A stretch of DNA of 64,000 nucleotides. It comes from Candidatus Omnitrophota bacterium (GTDB taxonomy: Bacteria; Omnitrophota; Gorgyraeia; JABMRN01; RBG-13-46-9). The DNA is taken from the NCBI GenBank assembly GCA_013203315.1, contig JABMQJ010000007.1:11499-75498 (forward strand), read 5' to 3'. Of the stretch, positions 1 to 9,940 are shown piece by piece; position 1 is the first letter of the stretch; every line of letters begins with the position of its first letter. Below the pieces are notes generated by a model. The model saw nothing but the letters and a program-made list of their open reading frames with translations. It searched no databases and was not told where the DNA came from. The position numbers were made by a program, and so were the translations under genes.

Positions 1-801
1 CTTATTCACTAAACCCTTTCCTATAATCTTTCCGCCGCCGCATATTCCCATTATCTTGACGTTCGACACCTTAAAACCGGCCTCGTTTAATGCTCTCGAA
101 AGAGACTTTTTATTAAATCCGTAAATCTGAAAAGTCGGAAAAAGCGGCGAAAGATGGGTAGTAATCTGTTCCCCGGAAACCAGGGTTTTAAAAAAATCTC
201 CCATTTTAAAAACCAGGGCATCCTCATTGGTAATCTCAATAAAAAGAATGCCGGTTTTTTTAAGCAATGACTTTGCCTTTTTCAACATCCCTAAAGGGTC
301 CTGCACATATTGTAAAACGGAATTAAGGCATATGACGTCGAAACTTTTTTCCTGGAGTGCCAAATTATTCACATCCCCCAGAAGCAAATCTATGTTAAAT
401 GCTTCTTTTGCATATTGCGTAAGTTTCTTCGACACCTCGATGCCTGTTGCCTGCCAGCCTTGCTTACCTGCAACATAAACAAGCTCCCCTACTCCGCACC
501 CGATATCCAGCAAATTACCTTTTTGGGGCTTACTTTTTTCTATCATACGTATTCTCTTTTTATTTTTTCTTATTTGCCCCTGGAGCGCTTCGCGGGAAAG
601 ACTAATTATTTCAGGATTAAAATTAAGTCTATCGCTACTTTGTGTTGAGCGCGGCATTGGGTTAGGATAAAGAAGACCGCAAGAAGAACACCGGGCTATA
701 GTTGTATCAAGCTCCGGATTTCCCTCGGGGCTTTTCCTTTTGCCCAACGATTCTGTCGCCTCAGAGCCACATATATTGCATTTCACATATTCAAAATTCA
801 T
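1..801 (-). CDS. Class I SAM-dependent methyltransferase with N-terminal Zn-ribbon (3' end runs off the window)
   Basis: Not in ORF track. Hand translation from ATG at 801 is open to base 1: MNFEYVKCNICG...RCSSCGLLYPNP (two CxxC), motif I LLDIGCGVG, ATGIEVS, SFDVICLNSVLQYVQDP...LLKKTGILF. Confidence 0.88.
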   Translation of the reverse strand, partial: MNFEYVKCNICGSEATESLGKRKSPEGNPELDTTIARCSSCGLLYPNPMPRSTQSSDRLNFNPEIISLSREALQGQIRKNKKRIRMIEKSKPQKGNLLDIGCGVGELVYVAGKQGWQATGIEVSKKLTQYAKEAFNIDLLLGDVNNLALQEKSFDVICLNSVLQYVQDPLGMLKKAKSLLKKTGILFIEITNEDALVFKMGDFFKTLVSGEQITTHLSPLFPTFQIYGFNKKSLSRALNEAGFKVSNVKIMGICGGGKIIGKGLVNK

Positions 802-812
802 ATCTTGGCCTC

Positions 813-2024
813 TCAAGAGGAAAGACTCTTGTATATACCCTCGTATTTGTCAACGGCTGCGTTAAGTGATAAATATTTTTCTGCTGCCTGTCTACAACGC
901 GCAGGAAGCCCTGTGTCTTTAAGCAAGTTTTTCAATTCTAAGATCGCATTTTTATAAGATTCCTTGTCGAAACTGTTTATTACAACGCCTACTTTATCAT
1001 TGCGCACAATTTCTTCCGTATCTCCTATTCCGCTGTTTATTACAACGGGCAAGCCGCATGCCAAATATTCGCCGAATTTCACCGGTGAAGACGATAGCTT
1101 TGAAAAAACCGGTTTAATAAAGAACATTCCCAGGTTAGAGCTTGAAAGATAATCAGGTATAATATCGTAAGAAACAGAATCAATTGTAAACTGTTGTGCG
1201 CCAAGGCCTTTCTTGTCAGCCATATTCTTTGCATAGTCCCTATCTTTCCCGATTAGAAGTAAAAGATGCGCATTATCGATACATTGCCTGGCGGCTTTAA
1301 AAAAATCTATCATCTCTTCCAACATGTACCAAGTACCCACGGAACCAATATACGTAATAATAAATTTGTTTTTAAAAGCAGGTGCCTGGGATAAGCGAAT
1401 ACTTTCGTTCCTTTTTGGCTTAAACTTTTCTGTGTCAGCAGCGCAAGGAATAACGGAAAACTTTATGCCAGATTCATGGTATTTATTTTTTAGGATTTCA
1501 AAAAATTTCTCTGTTAGAACAATTACATGGTCCGAGGACCTGGTTAAAACCCCTTCTAAGAAGCTGACTATTTTGTGTTTGACTCCGTTTCTTTTCCACA
1601 AACCTGCATCTACATATTCTTCGGAATCTATTCCCCTTGTATCGAATATAAATTTCCGCGATAGCAGCCTTGCAACCGGATAGCCTATTAAAGCCGCAAC
1701 CACTGCCCTTGCGTGAACGATGTTAATTCCGTTCCGACTAATAATGTAGAGGCTGTAAAAAAACCCACAAATCACATCGAACGCAGTCGCGGGAATTGTA
1801 GGTTTTTTGTGGTATTTCAAACTGAACCATTCAATGCCGGGTATTTTGTAAATATTTTTTTCTTTTATAGCCTTTTTTTCGAATGTTAGAAGATAGAATT
1901 TAATGCCTCTTTTCGAAAGTTCCCTTAAGTATGGAATAACTTGCGATTGAACTATTGGCTCGGATATTCCGTTGTAGGATATATAAAGCGCTTTTACTAT
2001 TTTATCCGGCATCTTTTCCGCCAT
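813..2024 (-). CDS. Glycosyltransferase family 4 (GT-B)
   Basis: 403 aa; IVHAR, IFDTRG, YIGSVGTWY, C-terminal SSPVKFGEYLACGLPVV motif. Start could be the second Met at 2012. Confidence 0.88.
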   Translation of the reverse strand: MAEKMPDKIVKALYISYNGISEPIVQSQVIPYLRELSKRGIKFYLLTFEKKAIKEKNIYKIPGIEWFSLKYHKKPTIPATAFDVICGFFYSLYIISRNGINIVHARAVVAALIGYPVARLLSRKFIFDTRGIDSEEYVDAGLWKRNGVKHKIVSFLEGVLTRSSDHVIVLTEKFFEILKNKYHESGIKFSVIPCAADTEKFKPKRNESIRLSQAPAFKNKFIITYIGSVGTWYMLEEMIDFFKAARQCIDNAHLLLLIGKDRDYAKNMADKKGLGAQQFTIDSVSYDIIPDYLSSSNLGMFFIKPVFSKLSSSPVKFGEYLACGLPVVINSGIGDTEEIVRNDKVGVVINSFDKESYKNAILELKNLLKDTGLPARCRQAAEKYLSLNAAVDKYEGIYKSLSS

Positions 2025-3327
2025 CCACTTTACGCAACATCCTGTCGATTCCCAATCCGATGAAAATAAAACCTATGTAATAAATAATGCACTTCTGCCG
2101 AATCAAAGTCCCCATATTAGCCTGCGTCAATCCCAGAATGCTTAACCAGCATAGAAATGTAAATAGCGGTATAAATGTCTTTTTAAATTCTGCCTTTATC
2201 GAAATCCACATACCGCTTACAAGGAAAGGAAGAAGACACCACCATATGATTGATTCGATATTTGCCGCTATATGCAATGTGCTGGCCGGCAGCGCTAAAA
2301 AAGGTAAAAGTAAGGCGGCTAAAAAACCTAATGGGAAATAAAGTATTGTTGTAGCATGTGTCGATGTGGATAACGTCCAGAGATACCCTGTATTGGTAAA
2401 AGAGCTGGAATATCTAACCTGGGAAAGCATTGCGGGAATTTGCTCCAGCTGTACATACAGATTAGATAAAAATGGTCCTTTAAATACCTGTAGCAAAATA
2501 AGCGCTATCAGGGAAACTAATATAACAAAATTTTTATATCGCCATTTCCACAATGCGACAAAATAAAAAATTATCGCTGGAAAGATTATGGCAAGAAACC
2601 TTTTCGTGAAATATACGACAAGAAGCGAAAGCAGTAAAAAAAGCACGTTTCTTAGATTCGGGCTTTTGCGTATTTTCATGCATAAATAAAACGCGAGAAT
2701 AAGCGCTAATACAAGCATTGGTTCCTTAAAATTGAAAAGTGACCAAAAAAATGTAGACGGCCAGAGCAAAAACAGAGAAAGAACGAGAGTCGTAACTTCA
2801 TTTCTTATATTTAGATCCTTACAGAGGAAATACACTGGTATAATAATGACGGCATAAAAAAAGCAATTTAATATAAGAAGTATCTGCCCACCGCATGTGC
2901 CGAACAAATAAAAAATAAAAGCACTATATAACTGATAGCGTTGTACATCTTCACGGGCGCCGCCGATAAGGTTAAAATAAGAAAGCTTTTTAATTGGGAA
3001 AAATTTCCCTTCTCGCCATAAGTCTCCTACTATCGTACCAAAATCCCCGTATGTATAGTCGTCACCTTTGTAAGAAAATCCGTAAAATTTTGTATCCACT
3101 GTTTCGTTGTATAAAAAAAGACTTATCAAAACGTGTAAGAGAAAAGCCAACAAAAATAACGTTAAAATTTTTGTCCGCATGTTCTTTTCGACTTTGCGCG
3201 TAATAAAATAGATACCCGCCAAGGCAAGTCCGACAACGGCTATAAGCTGCGGCATTCTATCCATGCCTAGTAGCGCAATCACAAACGCAAACGCGGTAAT
3301 TAAAATATATTTTAGCGGTCTTCGCAT
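2002..3327 (-). CDS. Polytopic membrane protein, GT-C-like / Wzy-like polymerase candidate
   Basis: 441 aa, about 11-12 hydrophobic segments, acidic loop GDDYTY, LFNFKEP and terminal NMGTLIRQK motifs, in a glycan locus. Confidence 0.55.
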   Translation of the reverse strand: MRRPLKYILITAFAFVIALLGMDRMPQLIAVVGLALAGIYFITRKVEKNMRTKILTLFLLAFLLHVLISLFLYNETVDTKFYGFSYKGDDYTYGDFGTIVGDLWREGKFFPIKKLSYFNLIGGAREDVQRYQLYSAFIFYLFGTCGGQILLILNCFFYAVIIIPVYFLCKDLNIRNEVTTLVLSLFLLWPSTFFWSLFNFKEPMLVLALILAFYLCMKIRKSPNLRNVLFLLLSLLVVYFTKRFLAIIFPAIIFYFVALWKWRYKNFVILVSLIALILLQVFKGPFLSNLYVQLEQIPAMLSQVRYSSSFTNTGYLWTLSTSTHATTILYFPLGFLAALLLPFLALPASTLHIAANIESIIWWCLLPFLVSGMWISIKAEFKKTFIPLFTFLCWLSILGLTQANMGTLIRQKCIIYYIGFIFIGLGIDRMLRKVDGGKDAG

Positions 3328-3333
3328 AACTTG

Positions 3334-5322
3334 TTATGCCTTTTTTACACTTGCTCCCACGACAACAATTATAAGACTAAAAAGCGAAATCCCCACCCAT
3401 AAAGGGTTAAAATAGTCAAAGTACAGATCCAGCCTATACAAGCCTTTCTCCGGCAGCGAAAGCTTCATGAGATTATACTCGTCCCACATGATGCGCGCCG
3501 GCTCTCCGTTCAAGCGTGCACGCCAGAGCGGGTGGCGGGCGATTTTAACAAAAGCGACATTTCTTGGCGAATCATTTCGTATATCGGCCTTTACACGCTG
3601 GTTCTCCAAAGATAACTTTTCATAAGCAGCTTCTTTTTCAAAGCTTATCCATTTGCCCCGAAAATCTTTTAAACGGAATATGCTGAAAATACCAAAATCC
3701 GCCTGATCAGAAAAGAATCCGGATTTGGCCAGTTTATTCTTTAAGTCCGGCTCCACGGTTACGATGTGGCTTGCGTTAAACCGATCCATTGTACTTTTGA
3801 TCCGGGAATTTTCAATTTCTTTTACCGGCACACCGAATATCCTTCCCTGGTCATTACGCATGTACTTCTCCTGAGGAAAGGATGAAGCGGAGCGCGAAAC
3901 GCCTATTTGCGGAATCCGTGTAAAAACGCCCGACAGGGCAAATGCGTCGCTTCTTTTTAAAATGGGGTCATCCACATTGCCAATCGTGTTTTGATATACA
4001 ATTCTGGACCGGCCGAGGGGTATATTCTCGTTAACCCAATCCCAAACCTTGTAAATGTCCGACATCTGGGGTGATTCCTCCAATGTCCGGGAAGCATCAC
4101 GCGCAATATAATTGTAATGCGAGGCCGCGGAAAACATTAACAAAATTACGCATATAGCCGCCAGAATACCCCTTCTTCCGAAACGCTTGAACAATCTACC
4201 GGCGCCATAAGCCGCAAATACATACATACACAATTGTATGTACACGAAGAATCTGCTCATCTGTAGAGTTGGAACCAGAGGTATCTTGTGCCACCAATCA
4301 AAACCCGTAAAAAGATCTATAAAAAACGGGAAACATATTACCACGAACCAAAAGATACGCCATAAAGAACGCTTTGTATTTGGATTTTTTTCGCTTTTGA
4401 AAAATAGGAATGCACCCAAAAGGCTAAAGAAAATTCTTGCCATAACAGGCAAGTTTATTGCAAGCGTTGAGGCGCCGGTTACCGTTGTAAGCGGGCCAAA
4501 GAAGGATTTCGCGCCCCACCGGATGCCCTCTTCGAGGGGCGTTGCGCCACCCAATTTCTCAAAGTAATTCCCTCCGATAAAAAAACCTGCCAGATAGTAA
4601 AAAGAAATCATGACGGCTGACAAGGGTATTATATATGAACAGATTAAAGATTCCGTAAAACGAATTTTTCCTCTGTACGCATTTAGCACATAGGGAATCA
4701 AATATATAAAAAGAATGATTCCTGTGATTATCGCCGCGTAGATATGGACCAATATGATTGAAGCAAAAATAAGCCCCAAAAGAAAGGCCTTCTTTAACGT
4801 CATGGCCTTAATGTTTTTGTCCAGTAGGTGCAAAAATATGAAGAAAAGTCCGATTGCCAGAAAATTATTCCACATGCCGACAAGAATTTTGTCGTAATAA
4901 ATATCGCTTTGCAGCATAAGGCAGGCGGTAATAAGCATTGAGGGCATTTTGCCGAAACGAAACGAGGTAAATTTATAAAATCCGGCGCCCATAAATACAT
5001 AGCTAAACAGGACCATTAGTTTATAAGAAAAATTAAGCGGGAGGAAAAATACCTTGTTTAAAACGACCATTACTAGCGACGTTAACTGGTTATAATCAAT
5101 AAAAATAGGCATGCCGGCCATCCCCTGCATGCTCCAACCGCTTATCCAGTGGTATTTGGGAATGAGTGTATTAGCTAAATAGTAGAGATCGTAATAATGG
5201 AAAGAGTTGTCATATCCTGACATAAGGCCGGGAGCAAATATGCCCCTAAACATGAAAAGCCCGAGGGCTGCGATCAGTACATAATAGATATAATATTTTG
5301 TATATTTTACCAAGATAGCCAT
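3334..5322 (-). CDS. GT-C-fold membrane glycosyltransferase (PTPS-related/YfhO-like) with C-terminal soluble domain
   Basis: 662 aa; first loop GYDNSFHY and W...MAGMPIFIDY, many TM helices, YfhO-like HPLWRARLNG, final TM anchor. Confidence 0.65.
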   Translation of the reverse strand: MAILVKYTKYYIYYVLIAALGLFMFRGIFAPGLMSGYDNSFHYYDLYYLANTLIPKYHWISGWSMQGMAGMPIFIDYNQLTSLVMVVLNKVFFLPLNFSYKLMVLFSYVFMGAGFYKFTSFRFGKMPSMLITACLMLQSDIYYDKILVGMWNNFLAIGLFFIFLHLLDKNIKAMTLKKAFLLGLIFASIILVHIYAAIITGIILFIYLIPYVLNAYRGKIRFTESLICSYIIPLSAVMISFYYLAGFFIGGNYFEKLGGATPLEEGIRWGAKSFFGPLTTVTGASTLAINLPVMARIFFSLLGAFLFFKSEKNPNTKRSLWRIFWFVVICFPFFIDLFTGFDWWHKIPLVPTLQMSRFFVYIQLCMYVFAAYGAGRLFKRFGRRGILAAICVILLMFSAASHYNYIARDASRTLEESPQMSDIYKVWDWVNENIPLGRSRIVYQNTIGNVDDPILKRSDAFALSGVFTRIPQIGVSRSASSFPQEKYMRNDQGRIFGVPVKEIENSRIKSTMDRFNASHIVTVEPDLKNKLAKSGFFSDQADFGIFSIFRLKDFRGKWISFEKEAAYEKLSLENQRVKADIRNDSPRNVAFVKIARHPLWRARLNGEPARIMWDEYNLMKLSLPEKGLYRLDLYFDYFNPLWVGISLFSLIIVVVGASVKKA

Positions 5323-5438
5323 GCGTATTGTTCTCCTGAAACGGCTTGATTCGCACTCAACAGTTTCTCATATTCTTAGGCCAGCGTCAATTCATTTTTT
5401 GCAGATAGGGACGGTTCTGGCCTCGAACGTGAAATACG

Positions 5439-5467
5439 TTGAAATAAGCGCGAAGATGATATAAAAT
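5439..5467 (+). promoter_or_regulatory. Putative sigma70 promoter for the plus-strand island
   Basis: TTGAAA (5439-5444), 17 bp spacer, TAAAAT (5462-5467), 27 bp upstream of ATG 5495. Confidence 0.55.
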
Positions 5468-5494
5468 ACATAACCGTAATAAGGTGCTAAAAAA

Positions 5495-5877
5495 ATGGAT
5501 AACAAGATTAAACACGTTTTATTTACCGTATTTTTGGCTTTACGACTACTTGAGTTCTCTTTCCGCATAATATATTCAATCAGGTACCGCAATTTTGACT
5601 ATATAACTTATGGCTTTTTAAATATCGGGAGATTTAACCTCGACTACTTCAATGGTTATGCGAAATTAAGAACCCCATCAAGACCGGAAGACAAGCTTAA
5701 CCACGGACTAAAAGATTCCGAATATAAAGTCATCAATGCTGGGGTATCAAGTCAGACCCTCTATGGAGAGGTAAATTGGGCCTGATATTACGCGACAAGA
5801 TTGTTCACATGACAGATTACGGAAAGGCGTTACTTGCAGAAATTATCGCGGAACAAATTATCGAATTACGGAAATAG
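5495..5877 (+). pseudogene. Decayed, internally deleted SGNH/GDSL hydrolase (acetyltransferase/esterase-like) gene
   Basis: ORF 5495-5785 has an N-terminal anchor (LLEFSFRI) and block II YKVINAGVSS. A different frame continues RDKIVHMTDYGKALLAEIIAEQI to TAG 5875-5877 (block V-like D..H). The GDS and GxND blocks are absent. Confidence 0.6.
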
Positions 5878-5882
5878 TTAAA

Positions 5883-7436
5883 ATGGCCAACATTAGTTTT
5901 ATTACACTTTATGACAAGGGATGCATGGGCACAAGATATCTATCCTCCTTGCTAAAAGCGGAGGGGCACGCAACATCTATAGTATACTTAGGAAGGCATG
6001 AGGGAAAAATCAAAAAGGGTAACGATGCCTTAAATTCCGACGAGGATCTGTGGATAAGTGTTAATGAGTACGGGAAAGACTTGGTTCGTAGCTATTCTGA
6101 CCCAATCAGCGAAAACGATATAGATATTTTACTGGATCTCCTGGCTAAAATAAAACCTGATGCGCTGGGCTTTTCCCTGCGATCCATGTTTTTAAACACA
6201 GCCACACAACTAGTAAATCGGATTCGGGAAAAGTTTGATTTCCCTATTATTTTCGGCGGAATAGCCGCGACATGCGATCCCGAAAAATGTATTCGTGAGG
6301 CAGACATAGTCTGCTTAGGCGATGGCGAACAGGCCATGTTAGAGATAGCCCGACGGATAGACAAGAAAGCCCCCTTAAACGACGTAAATAATCTCTGGGT
6401 GCGTTCTAACGATAATATTTATAAAAATGGGTTATACCCGCTTGAACAAAATCTGGATAAATTCCCCTTTCCGGACTACGACTCTTTAAATAAATTCTCG
6501 ATTCACAATGGCGCGCTTATTGAAAACGATCCTGCCATCGGCAACATGAGTAAATATACCTACGAAATCGTAACATCACGCGGGTGCCCTTTTTCATGCA
6601 CCTACTGCTGTAATGACGTGCTTAAAAATACTTATGAGGGGCAGAAATACCTTCGTCGGAGATCCGTAGAAAATGTTATCGACGAATTGAAAATCGCAAA
6701 AGAAAAGCACGGCATAAAATCCGTCCTATTCAAGGATGAAGTCTTCACGTTTGATTTGAATTGGATTAAAAATTTTTCTGAAGCTTACAAAAAGGAAATT
6801 GCCCTCCCCTTCTGGTGTTATACGTATCCGGCGTTTGCTGATAGTCAAATTCTTAATTTGCTAAAAGATTCCGGCATGTTTAATGTAACGATGGGCATTC
6901 AGTCCGGCAGCGAAAGCATCCTTTACAATACTTTTAATCGAAGGACCTCGATAGAGAAAATTATTTCTGCCGCGGATACCCTGATACGTTTAAAATTGCC
7001 TATAAGGCCCCGTTATGATATCATAACCAATAATCCGTTTGAAACCGAGAACGATCGCCAGGCTACCCTTGAATTATTGATGCGCCTTGATAAGCCCGTA
7101 GATTTTGGATTAACCAAACTTTCCTTTATACCGGGATCCAAGATCGTCCGGATGCGGGAGGAAAAACACATAACCGGAGTAGTCGACGAAGATCTTTATA
7201 AGTTTTGGAATACTTTATATTTATTGAATCAATATAGTTTTTTCCCTAACCGTTTCATTAGGGCTTTGAGTAGAAGTAAGTTTTTCCGGGACAAACCGCA
7301 ATTTTTGCAGTTGTTGCTTGTGCCTAAATTCGCAGAAACCAAATTTCAGGGTTTTTTGGATTCATTGAAGGGATGTATACCCGGAAATGCTATCTTATTT
7401 TTGAAGAAAATCCGTTATATTGTAAAAAGATACTAA
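5883..7436 (+). CDS. Cobalamin-dependent (class B-type) radical SAM protein
   Basis: 517 aa; B12-binding-like N-domain (IIFGGIAAT, VCLGDGE), SRGCPFSCTYC, FKDEVF, GIQSGS. Confidence 0.9.
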   Translation: MANISFITLYDKGCMGTRYLSSLLKAEGHATSIVYLGRHEGKIKKGNDALNSDEDLWISVNEYGKDLVRSYSDPISENDIDILLDLLAKIKPDALGFSLRSMFLNTATQLVNRIREKFDFPIIFGGIAATCDPEKCIREADIVCLGDGEQAMLEIARRIDKKAPLNDVNNLWVRSNDNIYKNGLYPLEQNLDKFPFPDYDSLNKFSIHNGALIENDPAIGNMSKYTYEIVTSRGCPFSCTYCCNDVLKNTYEGQKYLRRRSVENVIDELKIAKEKHGIKSVLFKDEVFTFDLNWIKNFSEAYKKEIALPFWCYTYPAFADSQILNLLKDSGMFNVTMGIQSGSESILYNTFNRRTSIEKIISAADTLIRLKLPIRPRYDIITNNPFETENDRQATLELLMRLDKPVDFGLTKLSFIPGSKIVRMREEKHITGVVDEDLYKFWNTLYLLNQYSFFPNRFIRALSRSKFFRDKPQFLQLLLVPKFAETKFQGFLDSLKGCIPGNAILFLKKIRYIVKRY

Positions 7437-7463
7437 TCGCAGTACAGAGAGAAGGGTTAAATA

Positions 7464-8192
7464 ATGCTTTGGCTAATGTTTGCGGCCTATAACGAAAGAG
7501 AGAATCTTGCCAACCTGCTGCCCGGGCTATCAAACTTCCTGGAAGGCAAGATTAAAGACTATAAAATATTAATCGTCGATGACGGCAGTACCGACTCGAC
7601 AAAAAATATCGCCGATTCTTTGGATAAGCCCCTCCCCATCGAAATAATTTCGCATGAAAAAAATAAGGGAGTCGGTGAAGTATTTAAAACCGGCTTCTCT
7701 GCGATAAGCCGTCTCGCCGGGCAAGATGATCTCGTAGTCGTCCTGGAGGCAGATGGAACCAGTGACTACACGTTAATACCTGAATTGGTCAGGAAACTCG
7801 AAGGCGGCATGGATATAGTCATCGCTTCTCGCTATATAAAAGGTGGTGCCTATAGGAATTTTCCGCTAAAAAGGCATTTAATAAGCCATATCGGCAATGT
7901 TATTTTAAGCATGGCATTCAGGAATAAACGCATAAAAGACTACACTATATTTTTTAGAGGCTACCGGGTCGAGCTCCTGAAGAAGGCCCTGTCGCAGTAT
8001 AAGGACGGGTTTATTACATCAAATACGTTTCTTGCCAATACGGAAGCGCTTATAAACCTTACGAAACTTACCGATAAGATAGATGAGGTCCCGTTCGTAT
8101 ATTCCTATGAGGTAAAAATCGGTAAGAGTAAAATGCCTCTTCTAAAGACGCTTTTTGATTATATCAAATTCCTGCTTACTAAACGCGCTTGA
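7464..8192 (+). CDS. GT2, Dpm1/ArnC-like polyprenyl-phosphate glycosyltransferase
   Basis: 242 aa; AAYNEREN, IVDDGSTD, HEKNKGVG, LEADG, DIVIASRY, GKSKM. Confidence 0.85.
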   Translation: MLWLMFAAYNERENLANLLPGLSNFLEGKIKDYKILIVDDGSTDSTKNIADSLDKPLPIEIISHEKNKGVGEVFKTGFSAISRLAGQDDLVVVLEADGTSDYTLIPELVRKLEGGMDIVIASRYIKGGAYRNFPLKRHLISHIGNVILSMAFRNKRIKDYTIFFRGYRVELLKKALSQYKDGFITSNTFLANTEALINLTKLTDKIDEVPFVYSYEVKIGKSKMPLLKTLFDYIKFLLTKRA

Positions 8193-8913
8193 CCGCTCGA
8201 GCACTTCGCTCGCGAAAATAAATCGCATACCACACACGCCAAACGTCCGCCATGGCGCCAAAAAGTACGCCCATCCTAATTCCGTGCGAGCGGCCGCTTC
8301 TCCTGGGAGAAGTTTCAACCGGATAGTCAATTATGCGATACCCGGCGCGGGTTGCGCGTATTAAACGTTCCGCCTCCGAAAACGGAGTTTTAGAAACCAA
8401 TGTAAATTTCTCGATAATTTCACGCTTCATAAGCTTGACAGCCCCCGCGTCAAATGTATGAATCCCAAATAATGCACGAGGCACCATATTAAAAAACCAT
8501 GAAATAAATTCCCTCCATAGCCCGTAATTCTTTTTCTTCCGTCGCGCGATAACTATATCGCACTTCCTCACCAAAGGCAACATTTTCAAAATTATCGCGG
8601 TATCCCATTGTCTGTCGGAGGCATTCACGAAAATAAAGTCCTTTCTGGATTCTTTATATAAATGTTCAAAACTGGCGTGTATCCCGATATTGCGCGGATG
8701 GTTAATTACGCGAATGTCGGGAAAGCGTCCGACCATCTCCCTGATTTTCTCGGGTGAACGATCCGTTGAACCGTCGTTGCAAACTAAGATTTCATAATCC
8801 AGCCCGGAATTTGCGAGAAGCCGGTGAGAACTTTCCAGTACTTCGCTTATCGTAGCTTCCTCGTTATATACGGGAAATCCTACCGAGACACTGGGAAGAT
8901 TCATGTTTTTCAT
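8179..8913 (-). CDS. GT2, Dpm1-like glycosyltransferase
   Basis: 244 aa; FPVYNEE, CNDGSTD, HPRNIG, ASDRQ (variant DxD), PRRSGRS. Confidence 0.83.
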   Translation of the reverse strand: MKNMNLPSVSVGFPVYNEEATISEVLESSHRLLANSGLDYEILVCNDGSTDRSPEKIREMVGRFPDIRVINHPRNIGIHASFEHLYKESRKDFIFVNASDRQWDTAIILKMLPLVRKCDIVIARRKKKNYGLWREFISWFFNMVPRALFGIHTFDAGAVKLMKREIIEKFTLVSKTPFSEAERLIRATRAGYRIIDYPVETSPRRSGRSHGIRMGVLFGAMADVWRVWYAIYFRERSARAVKRV

Positions 8914-9938
8914 TTTGCTATTTTCATCGTGGTAAGTTTAATCGGACGGCCTTTGCAAGATATGGACTTAGTAGCCGCTTCCAGGATTTGCACTACCCTT
9001 AATCCTGATTCACCGTCAGTGATGGGGTGTTTCTTTTTTTCTATACAATTGACAAAATGCGCCGCCTCTGTACGTAAGGCTTCGGTTATATCAAGTTGTG
9101 GAACCCATATATCGCCTGTTCGGTAGCTTACTAACATCTTGTATATGCTTTTAGCATCGCTCTTAACATTGATCCCTTTGTCGTAAACCTTAACCTTCTC
9201 GCTCGGTTCCAGATCATCATAAACAATCATTTTCTGGCTTCCGCCTATTAACGTGCGGCGGACTTTCACCGGAGCCAGCCAATTGACATGTATATGGGCT
9301 ATCAAACGATTCTTAAAAAACAACGTAAGATAAGCAATGTTCTCCGGCTGATTGGCAACATGACTCATGCCGGTAGCAGATACGGCGTACGGCCGCATCG
9401 GTAGTAGATAATCTATGACCGAGACATCGTGTACGGCTAAGTCCCATATAACGTTGACGTCATGCTGGAACAGGCCAAGATTAACGCGCACCGCATCGTA
9501 ATAATAGATATCCCCGAGTTCCTTGCTTTTTATTAATTCTTTAATCCTGCGAACTGCCCCTGTGTATACAAATGTGTGATCCACCATTAGAACACGTTTT
9601 CTGCGATCGGCTTCTTTTATGAGCAATGACGCTTTTTCTTTTGTTGTCGCCAGAGGCTTTTCCAGCAAAACGTGCTTGCCGGCCTTTAACGCCTCCATCG
9701 CTATCTTAAAATGGGTTGAACATGGCGTAGCTATTGCAACGGCGTCGAGATCCTTGTTGGTGAGCAAATCTCGATAATCATTTGTTGTTTTTACATATGG
9801 ATATCTCTGCTTTACAGCACTTAGGCGTTCCGGTCGGAGATCCGTTACGGCAATAACTTTGCAGCCCGGCGTTTCAGCAAAATTCCGCACTAAATTCGGC
9901 CCCCAATAACCATAGCCAATCACACCAATGTGAACCAT
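8910..9938 (-). CDS. Gfo/Idh/MocA oxidoreductase (WbpB/WlbA/GnnA-like sugar 3-dehydrogenase)
   Basis: 342 aa; GYGYWG, HVLLEKP, WDLAVHD. Confidence 0.87.
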   Translation of the reverse strand: MVHIGVIGYGYWGPNLVRNFAETPGCKVIAVTDLRPERLSAVKQRYPYVKTTNDYRDLLTNKDLDAVAIATPCSTHFKIAMEALKAGKHVLLEKPLATTKEKASLLIKEADRRKRVLMVDHTFVYTGAVRRIKELIKSKELGDIYYYDAVRVNLGLFQHDVNVIWDLAVHDVSVIDYLLPMRPYAVSATGMSHVANQPENIAYLTLFFKNRLIAHIHVNWLAPVKVRRTLIGGSQKMIVYDDLEPSEKVKVYDKGINVKSDAKSIYKMLVSYRTGDIWVPQLDITEALRTEAAHFVNCIEKKKHPITDGESGLRVVQILEAATKSISCKGRPIKLTTMKIAK

Positions 9939-9940
9939 TA

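Noticed and set aside
5362-5440. Minus-strand promoter (TTGACG-17-GAAACT) and short AACGT-N5-ACGTT palindrome
   Set aside because: The -10 match is weak and the arms are only 5 bp. A promoter is expected here but cannot be placed confidently.
5392-5592. 66-aa hydrophobic minus-strand ORF
   Set aside because: It overlaps the plus-strand promoter and SGNH relic, has no convincing start/RBS and no motif.
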